A DNA stretch of 64,000 bases, taken from the IMG/VR virus record IMGVR_UViG_3300001530_000094; one strand, written 5' to 3'. Below are positions 56,255 to 62,965 of the stretch, in pieces (position 1 is the stretch's first letter; every line of letters begins with the position of its first letter). The notes beneath the pieces are model-generated. The model was not told the origin of the DNA, ran no database searches, and was given only the letters and a program-made list of their open reading frames with translations. The translations under genes and the position numbers were made by a program. This DNA is from a virus.

Positions 56255-56838
56255 ATGTTAGAAATAGAATTAAATCAATTTTCAGATAGAAAGAAACTTT
56301 ATAAAAACACAGATTTAAAAATAAATGAAGGAATAACAGTGCTTATAGGACCGAACCGGATGTGGTAAAACTTATGCTTGTCATCAAATAAAAGAAAAAT
56401 ATCCTCACACTTATCTTATAGATATAGTAGATGAAACTAAACTAAATTACTCTAATTTTAGGGATGATAAAGATATAGGTAGATGGATGTTAGCTTCAGA
56501 GCGGACAAAGAGTTTATGATAATTTAGAACATCTAGCCATTAATGTAGGTCAATACATTAGAAATTGTAAAAATAAAAATCAAGACCCTATTCTTATAAT
56601 AGATGGAGTAGATTCAGGAGTATCTATAAATCTAATACACAACATAAGAGGTTTCTTAAATCTAATAGCTAAAGATTGTGTAGATAGTAACTTAATAGCA
56701 CATGTTATAGTAACAGCTAACAACTATGAGTTAGTAGTAGATTATGAATCTATATGGATTCCTACACTAGAAAGATTTAATTTTTCATCATATAACTTCG
56801 AAGATTATTATAACTTTAGAGATTTATATTTTGATTAA
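56255..56838 (+). CDS. ABC/AAA-type ATPase missed by the ORF track, interrupted at two CGG codons
   Basis: Segments 56255-56356, 56358-56501 and 56503-56838. The shifts give Walker A LIGPN-G-CGKT, a signature-like MLASE-G-QR, and Walker B DPILIIDGVDSG. The AGAGGTG SD precedes the ATG. Confidence 0.7.
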
Positions 56839-56910
56839 AACTGCAAACACTAGAATGACTTCAGAGACATTTTTATATTAAAGATAAGATATTATATAGC
56901 TTAGCGCTAC
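56837..56910 (+). repeat. Conserved intergenic boundary element, copy D
   Basis: AAACACTAGAATGACTTCAGAGACATTTTTAT (56845-56876) followed by a hairpin whose loop carries TAGCGCTA. Confidence 0.65.
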
Positions 56911-56930
56911 TAATATCTTATTTTATTTCT
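56884..56930 (+). terminator. AT-rich hairpin terminator (part of boundary element D)
   Basis: ATAAGATATTA / TAATATCTTAT 11-bp stem (56884-56894 / 56911-56921) followed by TTTATTTCTT. Confidence 0.45.
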
Positions 56931-56960
56931 TAAAAACTTTAAGTATTTTTGTAAAAGCAG

Positions 56961-56989
56961 TTTACAAATTTGGAATAATGTGATACAAT
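56961..56989 (+). promoter_or_regulatory. Host sigma-A-type early promoter P4
   Basis: TTTACA (56961-56966), 17-nt spacer, TGaTACAAT (56981-56989). Confidence 0.65.
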
Positions 56990-57035
56990 AGAATGGGGAG
57001 GGGAGAACTATGTACCCCTAAGAAAGGAGTGTAAA

Positions 57036-57278
57036 ATGATGGATAATATTTTAGTAAAAAGGAAAACTCCATTTGGAGATTATGAATTTGTTACACTAAG
57101 AAAACAATACGTAGAAGAAAAAGAAGTAAAAGGTTTTCCACCACATATTTCTTGGAGAGTTGATAACGGAAATAGTTGGCATTTTGAAAGCTCCGTTCAA
57201 TTTTTAAATCAACCATTCGAAGATTTCTTAGAAAAAGAAGGGATGGTATTAGTAGAGGAGGTGAAAGTTGATGGATAA
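57036..57278 (+). CDS. Early small hypothetical protein
   Basis: AAGGAG upstream. It is the first gene after P4. Confidence 0.4.
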   Translation: MMDNILVKRKTPFGDYEFVTLRKQYVEEKEVKGFPPHISWRVDNGNSWHFESSVQFLNQPFEDFLEKEGMVLVEEVKVDG

Positions 57279-57552
57279 GAAAGATGTATTAGATTTCTTA
57301 AACTTAAAAGTATTTGAACCAGCAATTAAATATAGTAAAGAAAATAATTTACCTGAAATTGCAAAAGGTGTAAGATTTACTAGAATGAGAATGGAACAAT
57401 TACCTGATGCTAGAGCAGTAGTTCAATACTTTTGGAGTGCAGTTATAGGAACAGACAAAAGTATTAAATTTTCAGATATGATGAAAGAACATAATATAGT
57501 AAGATTTGAAGATGTATTAGAAGAATTTAGAGAAAAATTTAAAGATATTTAG
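57271..57552 (+). CDS. Early small hypothetical protein
   Basis: The ATG at 57271 follows GAGGAGGTG. Confidence 0.4.
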   Translation: MDKKDVLDFLNLKVFEPAIKYSKENNLPEIAKGVRFTRMRMEQLPDARAVVQYFWSAVIGTDKSIKFSDMMKEHNIVRFEDVLEEFREKFKDI

Positions 57553-57567
57553 AAAGGATTATTTAAG

Positions 57568-57795
57568 ATGGATGTAGATGAATTTAGAGTAGAGTTAACT
57601 CTATTATTTAAAGATGGAAGTGTTAGAGAAGTAGCTTTTGAAAGAGTAGAAAATTTACAAGTAGACTATGAGCATAACAAACTTAGCTTATTTGATTTAA
57701 CAGTAGGAATGTGGTATAACTATCACTTTAGAGAAAAAGGTGACGAAAAAGATGGTGTTGCTATAGGAATTAAAGATTTTAGAGTAATTTTATAG
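57568..57795 (+). CDS. Early small hypothetical protein
   Basis: AAAGGA upstream. Confidence 0.35.
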   Translation: MDVDEFRVELTLLFKDGSVREVAFERVENLQVDYEHNKLSLFDLTVGMWYNYHFREKGDEKDGVAIGIKDFRVIL

Positions 57796-57810
57796 AGGAT
57801 GGTGAATAGT

Positions 57811-58239
57811 ATGATTGTAAAGTATACTTTTAATGATAATGATTTCACTCAGATTATAGAAAGATACTTAGATGAGTTTGGACCTTTTGGAAGATGGGTC
57901 TCTGGAGGAAATGTAGATAGAATAACAGATTTAATGAAGATATATGATAAGCATAATGATAAATATGAAGAAGAAAAAGAATTATCTAAAGAGGCATTCT
58001 TAACTATAAAGAATGAACTTTTAAAAGAATTGTATCGCCATTTTATAGCATATATCAATAGTATACAAGAAAACAGTGAATGGGAGACAGAAGGATTTAA
58101 TGCAAGAGGTTTAGTGGATAATAGAGAATACATAATAGATAACATAAAGATTAGCTTAGTTAAAAACATTCCAGACCAATGGGAAAACGGAGAAGTAGTT
58201 TATTACGTAGCTAGTTCAATGAAATACATAACAATGTAG
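57811..58239 (+). CDS. Early hypothetical protein
   Basis: The ATG at 57811 follows GAGGATGGTG and is in frame with the track start at 57799. Confidence 0.4.
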   Translation: MIVKYTFNDNDFTQIIERYLDEFGPFGRWVSGGNVDRITDLMKIYDKHNDKYEEEKELSKEAFLTIKNELLKELYRHFIAYINSIQENSEWETEGFNARGLVDNREYIIDNIKISLVKNIPDQWENGEVVYYVASSMKYITM

Positions 58240-58252
58240 AAAGGAGAGTATT

Positions 58253-58561
58253 GTGGAAACTTTAGGAATAATAAGAAGAATAGATGACTTAGGTAGAATA
58301 ATAATACCTAAAGATTTAAGAAAAGCATGTGATTTAAAAGAAGGAGATGCTTTGGAGATAATTATAGACAAAGATAAAAATATAATTATGAAGAAAAGAG
58401 AAGAAGTTGAAGTAAGTTTATTAGATAAGTATAATGACAAATTAGTTGAATTAAAAAATAAAATGGCAGAAGCTTATATAGAAAAAGATGATGAGCAATT
58501 TAGATTATTAGAAGCTCAAAAAGATTTAGTAGAAGAAGTTATAAAAGATTTAAGAAAATAG
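58253..58561 (+). CDS. AbrB/SpoVT-family DNA-binding protein
   Basis: GTG start after AAGGAGAG. IIRRIDDLGRIIIPKDLRKACDLKEGDALEI is a SpoVT-AbrB swapped-hairpin domain. Confidence 0.75.
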   Translation: METLGIIRRIDDLGRIIIPKDLRKACDLKEGDALEIIIDKDKNIIMKKREEVEVSLLDKYNDKLVELKNKMAEAYIEKDDEQFRLLEAQKDLVEEVIKDLRK

Positions 58562-58581
58562 TACTGAAAGGGTGAAATAAA

Positions 58582-58743
58582 ATGGATAAAGTATATGTAT
58601 GCTGTTTATGTGGTAAACTTTGTAAAGGGTATGGGAATAATCCTAAACCGTTGTCGAACAATGAAAATGATAGATGTTGTGATGAATGCAATGACAAAGT
58701 AATAATAGCAAGAATAATGAATTTAGTAAATTCAGAGGACTAG
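58582..58743 (+). CDS. Small zinc-ribbon protein (53 aa, absent from the ORF track)
   Basis: CCLCGKLC...CCDECN. GGGTGA upstream. Confidence 0.4.
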   Translation: MDKVYVCCLCGKLCKGYGNNPKPLSNNENDRCCDECNDKVIIARIMNLVNSED

Positions 58744-58760
58744 TAAAATAGTCCTCTTTA
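58734..58760 (+). terminator. Hairpin terminator
   Basis: AGAGGACTA / TAGTCCTCT 9-bp stem followed by TTTA. Confidence 0.45.
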
Positions 58761-58785
58761 CATATTATCATTAAGAGGTGATAAT

Positions 58786-59112
58786 ATGGAAGAAGTATTA
58801 ATGATTAAAAATATTTTTGATTTAGCTAGAAAGTATAGTGCAAATAAAGCAACTTTAGATTATAAGACTCAGGATAGAAAAGGACAAGACATAGTTATTT
58901 ATTTAATCTTAGATGATATAGAATTTAATTCTTCAGATGAGCTATATAATTATTTAACTTCTAAATATAAAAGTCTCGGTGATTATTCTAGTGCTTCTGA
59001 ATTTAAAGAAATACCTATTAAAATAGAAGATATTAATAAAAATGAGTCTTTGATTAAATTTAATTTAGAACACATGGAGTTTGAGATGAAAGTGAAGAAG
59101 GAGCTAATATGA
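58786..59112 (+). CDS. Early hypothetical protein
   Basis: AAGAGGTG upstream. Confidence 0.4.
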   Translation: MEEVLMIKNIFDLARKYSANKATLDYKTQDRKGQDIVIYLILDDIEFNSSDELYNYLTSKYKSLGDYSSASEFKEIPIKIEDINKNESLIKFNLEHMEFEMKVKKELI

Positions 59113-59363
59113 AGAAATATAAAGTTTATTTAGATGCATTAAAATGTAATAGAATGTATAGTTCTTTTATTAAAAATTGTGATTTAGGGATAGAAGAATT
59201 TGGTGTTCCTATCTCTATTTCATTTACTATAGAACAAGAACCTACAAAAGAAATAATAGATAAAATAATAGAGGTTCATAACAGTACTAAAGAACATAAA
59301 GAATTTGAATGGTATTTTAGTCAAGTTAAACTTAATAGAATAGAGTTAATTAGTGAGGAATAA
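59109..59363 (+). CDS. Early hypothetical protein
   Basis: ATGA overlap with the upstream gene. Confidence 0.4.
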   Translation: MKKYKVYLDALKCNRMYSSFIKNCDLGIEEFGVPISISFTIEQEPTKEIIDKIIEVHNSTKEHKEFEWYFSQVKLNRIELISEE

Positions 59364-59366
59364 TTT

Positions 59367-59630
59367 ATGCAGAAATTAATTGATATTACAGGTAATAAAT
59401 ATCATCATTTAACAGTTTTAGGTCTTGACCATATAGGATATAGAAAAAATGGTAAAAGTAGAAGCTATTGGAAATGTAAATGTGATTGTGGGAATATAAA
59501 AATATTAAGAAAAGACGAATTTATTTATCCATATAGTAAAACTAAGTCATGTGGCTGCTGGCATATAGAAGAAAGCAGTAAAAGACCTAGAGATAAAGAA
59601 ACAGGAAAGTATATATTAATACAGAGGTGA
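59367..59630 (+). CDS. Small Cys-rich (zinc-ribbon-like) protein
   Basis: YWKCKCDCGNIKILRKDEF...KSCGCWH pattern. Confidence 0.4.
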   Translation: MQKLIDITGNKYHHLTVLGLDHIGYRKNGKSRSYWKCKCDCGNIKILRKDEFIYPYSKTKSCGCWHIEESSKRPRDKETGKYILIQR

Positions 59631-59635
59631 TATTT

Positions 59636-59923
59636 ATGAATGAAGAAATAGTACATAGAGAATTAGCTAGAAGATTAGCTGTAAGAAGTATTGAAGATTA
59701 TAGACAAAGATTTTTATTAGAAGAGGATTTATTAAGTGGAGTAGATAGACAGAAGATTTTAGATGAGATTGATGATATTAAAGAAAATGTAAAACTAGAT
59801 GACAGAAGAAAATTATTAGCCGAAAGAGATATGTATAAGAAATTAGTTGAAGAACTTGAGAAGAAATTGACTCTGTATCATTTAGCAGATGATAGAGATT
59901 GTGATGAAGAGTTTGAAATATAA
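59636..59923 (+). CDS. Early hypothetical coiled-coil protein
   Basis: The ATG at 59636 follows AGAGGTG. Confidence 0.4.
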   Translation: MNEEIVHRELARRLAVRSIEDYRQRFLLEEDLLSGVDRQKILDEIDDIKENVKLDDRRKLLAERDMYKKLVEELEKKLTLYHLADDRDCDEEFEI

Positions 59924-59933
59924 GGAGACAGAA

Positions 59934-60140
59934 ATGAATATTAAAGAAAAATTAAATTTATTAGCAATAGCAAAGAACAAATTTGAAATTAAAGATGTTG
60001 TAAAAAATGATGGTACTCAAACTTATGAAGTATTACACTTGCAAGCAGATTTAGCAGCTTGTATAACAGTAATTAATCAGGGAAGTAATATAAGTGTAAG
60101 TTATTTTAGAACTGATTGCTATAATAGTGGAACAGAGTAG
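59934..60140 (+). CDS. Early small hypothetical protein
   Basis: The ATG at 59934 follows AAGGAGA and is in frame with track ORF 59889. Confidence 0.4.
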   Translation: MNIKEKLNLLAIAKNKFEIKDVVKNDGTQTYEVLHLQADLAACITVINQGSNISVSYFRTDCYNSGTE

Positions 60141-60214
60141 TTGTATATAGATACTGTAGCTCTAGAAGAGTTAAAGACTTTCTGTGAATTTTTAATGAAA
60201 TAGAGGTGAATAAA

Positions 60215-60508
60215 ATGATATTAAATAAAACAGTTATAATATTTAGAGGAGATACTGTAATATCTCCAGCAGTAGGATTAAAGACTGGTAATGGTAAGAT
60301 AATGCTAGATGAATTAGAAAAACCAGTGAAAATAGGTTCTAGAATAGATTTAAGAGGAGAAGATTTACCTCATCCTGTAGAATTAATCTTTGAAAAGAAA
60401 GAGTCCGTAGATGCTTTAATTAAACAATTGAAAGTTGTAAAGAAAGATATGATAAAGTTTGAAAAAGGAGAGTTGAAAGATGAGCAAAGTAAGCAAGAAA
60501 GTAAATGA
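60215..60508 (+). CDS. Early small hypothetical protein
   Basis: The ATG at 60215 follows AGAGGTG. Confidence 0.4.
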   Translation: MILNKTVIIFRGDTVISPAVGLKTGNGKIMLDELEKPVKIGSRIDLRGEDLPHPVELIFEKKESVDALIKQLKVVKKDMIKFEKGELKDEQSKQESK

Positions 60509-60710
60509 AATTAAAGAAAAACTAGATAGTATTAGTGGATTAGATGATGATTATGTATACAGCTGGATAGAGTCTATAGATAAAATAGTTACTCCTATAG
60601 TAGATATCTGTAGTACCTGGTCTGAGGAAGAAGATGAAAAAGGAACTATTTTCTACAAGAAGAGAGTAGAAAGTCCGCTAAAAGAACTATTTAATAAGAA
60701 TGAAGATTAA
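60480..60710 (+). CDS. Early small hypothetical protein
   Basis: AAGGAGAG upstream. Confidence 0.4.
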   Translation: MSKVSKKVNEIKEKLDSISGLDDDYVYSWIESIDKIVTPIVDICSTWSEEEDEKGTIFYKKRVESPLKELFNKNED

Positions 60711-60740
60711 AAGTATACAAATGTATACTTTATTTTTTAT
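60710..60740 (+). terminator. Rho-independent terminator
   Basis: AAGTATACA / TGTATACTT 9-bp stem followed by TATTTTTT. Confidence 0.65.
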
Positions 60741-60751
60741 CAAATTTATAG

Positions 60752-60780
60752 TTTACAAATTTGAAATATTATGATATAAT
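60752..60780 (+). promoter_or_regulatory. Host sigma-A-type early promoter P5
   Basis: TTTACA (60752-60757), 17-nt spacer, TGaTATAAT (60772-60780). Confidence 0.7.
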
Positions 60781-60807
60781 ATTAATTATAGATTAGAGAA
60801 AAAGGAG

Positions 60808-62904
60808 ATGGGATTATTGATAGATAAAGAAGAATTACAGAAGCATAGGGATAAAATATTTAATGATATTTTAGAAATGCTAGAAACAAATCAAAGAGTA
60901 GGATGTGTACAGCCAACTGGTGTGGGTAAATCTTATTGTATTGCTAGACTTTGTAACAAGTTGAAAGGAAAGAAATTAGTTTTAGAACCGGGAAATGAGG
61001 TAATAAACTATATGCAGAAGTTTAACATTGAAACTCCTGACACAGACTATATTACATACTATAGTTTATTAAAACCATCAGCTACAGATTTAGCTAATAT
61101 GTTTAAAGAGTATGATTATATATTTTTAGATGAAATGCACAGAGCATTAGCAGACAAATGGGGTAAACAGTTAGATAAAACATTCGCTATATTGGATGTG
61201 TTAGAAGCAAAGTATAAAATTTTAGGTTTTAGTGCTACTCCTACTAGAATGGATAATAGAGATGCAGTGGAGGAGATATTTAACGGAGTTCAGATAGAAC
61301 CGTATTATTTACAAGATGCTATATTAGATGGAATACTTCCTAATATAGAGTATCATTCTAGTATATATGAGATTACAGACAAAGACAAAAATAGAATAAA
61401 ATTAAAAGACACTCCATTAGCTAAACAGATACTTAGTTATGACATAGATGAAGGAGTTTCAAAAATATTTCAAGAAAATCTAGATTTATCTCAACCTCAT
61501 CATATAATAGTATTTGTGGATAGAATTGTAAATATACCTGAAGCTATAGACAATATGAAGAAATGGCTAAAAGTAGATTTTAGTATCTACAAAGCTCATA
61601 GTAAAATGTCATATAAAGAAAGTAAAGAAGCTATAGAAAATTTTCAAAAAGACAAAGGTTTATCTTTAATGTTTGCTGTAGATATTTTAAATGAGGGAGT
61701 TCACTTAGATAAAGTTGATACTTCAGTATTTTTAAGAAAAACTTCTAGTACTAGGGTATATAATCAACAACTAGGAAGAGTAATTTCTGATACAATAGAA
61801 AACCCTAAAGTATTTGATTTAGTAAATAATATAGATAATTTAGACGCTGGGTATGCTTTTATATTTAAAGAGAAAGCTGATAAACTAAATATTAAAACAG
61901 AACAACTAGTTACTAAAAGTGGAGAATATCTAAAAATTACTACTCATCAAGAAGATTTAATAAAAAAGTTAAAAATGTGTAATAGAAAGTTGAGTGATGG
62001 TGAAAAACAATTTATAAAAGATAATTATAAAAATATGACTAATAAAGAAATAGCAACTTATCTTAATAGAAGTGAAGCTACTATAATTAAATTTAAGTCA
62101 GACTCTGGTTTAACTTGCCCACGTAAATTATTATCTGAGAGAGAAAAACAGTTTATAAAAGATAACTGTAATTATATGAGTGTTACTGAGATGAGTAAAA
62201 TTTTAAATAGAGATAGAAATGTATTATATAGATATATTTCTAAAGAAGGATTGAATTGTCTTAAACTTAAACAACACACCAAAATATCTGAGGAAAAGAT
62301 ACAATACATAAAAGATAATTCCTATAAAATGACTGCAAAACAGTTGTCAGAGAATACTGGTATTAATATATACACGATAACAAAAATATTAAATAGATAT
62401 AACTTAAAATATCTTAAAAAGAGTAATATATTTACTGATGAAGAAGATATGCAATTGAAAAATTATATTGAATCTGGCTTAAAAAGTAAAGATATAGCAA
62501 TTAAAATGGATAGAGATAGAGGAGTTATTCTTCAGCATGCTTATATAAAAGGGTACACATGGCCGGGAAAAAGAAGAGTTTTGTATGAATGGAAAGAATT
62601 TATAGATAAAAATGCTCATAATATGACTGTAAATGAAATGTGTAAACATACTGGCATAAAAGAGCCTACTCTTAGGTCTTATTATTCTAAAAATAATATA
62701 TCATATAAAAAATTAAATGGTGGAGCTGGTAAAAAAGAAAAAAGACTGAGTAAACAGCAGAAACAGTGGATAAAAAATAATTCTTATAACAATACATGTA
62801 GAGCTATGTCAGATATTTTAGAAATACCTATAATGACCATTTATAATTACTGTAAAAGACATAATTTGCCTTTTATAAGAGAAAGATTTTCAAAATATCA
62901 ATAA
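60808..62904 (+). CDS. SF2 (DEAD/DEAH, ResIII-like) helicase fused to six tandem HTH-like repeats
   Basis: Walker A QPTGVGKS, DEMH box, SATPTR, QQLGRV. From about nt 61987 there are six ~50-aa repeats of the type LSxxEKQFIKDNYxxMTxKEIAxxLNRSxxTIxxF. Confidence 0.7.
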   Translation: MGLLIDKEELQKHRDKIFNDILEMLETNQRVGCVQPTGVGKSYCIARLCNKLKGKKLVLEPGNEVINYMQKFNIETPDTDYITYYSLLKPSATDLANMFKEYDYIFLDEMHRALADKWGKQLDKTFAILDVLEAKYKILGFSATPTRMDNRDAVEEIFNGVQIEPYYLQDAILDGILPNIEYHSSIYEITDKDKNRIKLKDTPLAKQILSYDIDEGVSKIFQENLDLSQPHHIIVFVDRIVNIPEAIDNMKKWLKVDFSIYKAHSKMSYKESKEAIENFQKDKGLSLMFAVDILNEGVHLDKVDTSVFLRKTSSTRVYNQQLGRVISDTIENPKVFDLVNNIDNLDAGYAFIFKEKADKLNIKTEQLVTKSGEYLKITTHQEDLIKKLKMCNRKLSDGEKQFIKDNYKNMTNKEIATYLNRSEATIIKFKSDSGLTCPRKLLSEREKQFIKDNCNYMSVTEMSKILNRDRNVLYRYISKEGLNCLKLKQHTKISEEKIQYIKDNSYKMTAKQLSENTGINIYTITKILNRYNLKYLKKSNIFTDEEDMQLKNYIESGLKSKDIAIKMDRDRGVILQHAYIKGYTWPGKRRVLYEWKEFIDKNAHNMTVNEMCKHTGIKEPTLRSYYSKNNISYKKLNGGAGKKEKRLSKQQKQWIKNNSYNNTCRAMSDILEIPIMTIYNYCKRHNLPFIRERFSKYQ

Positions 62905-62912
62905 TAAAAATT

Positions 62913-62949
62913 CTCCTAGTAACATATTATTACTAGGAGTTTTATTTTG
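62913..62949 (+). terminator. Rho-independent terminator after the helicase gene
   Basis: CTCCTAGTAA / TTACTAGGAG 10-bp stem followed by TTTTATTTT. Confidence 0.8.
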
Positions 62950-62965
62950 TAAGGAGGAAAGAAAA

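Noticed and set aside
2469-58440. All 28 minus-strand ORFs in the supplied track (for example 7528..7959, 9179..9601, 23792..24445, 27787..28248, 38497..38850, 43850..44254).
   Set aside because: Each lies entirely antisense to a well-supported plus-strand gene. They have no SD-like sequence and their low-complexity Ser/Leu/Phe/Ile-rich translations are typical of shadow frames in AT-rich DNA. The window appears strictly unidirectional.
60138-60203. The in-frame TAG at the end of ORF 59934..60140 is followed by 20 more sense codons (LYIDTVALEELKTFCEFLMK) before the next TAG. I considered amber read-through or recoding.
   Set aside because: An open stretch of 20 codons in a short spacer is not statistically compelling. 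TAG clearly functions as a stop in other genes of the window (for example at 5004-5006, 13126-13128 and 48519-48521). No suppressor tRNA is visible.
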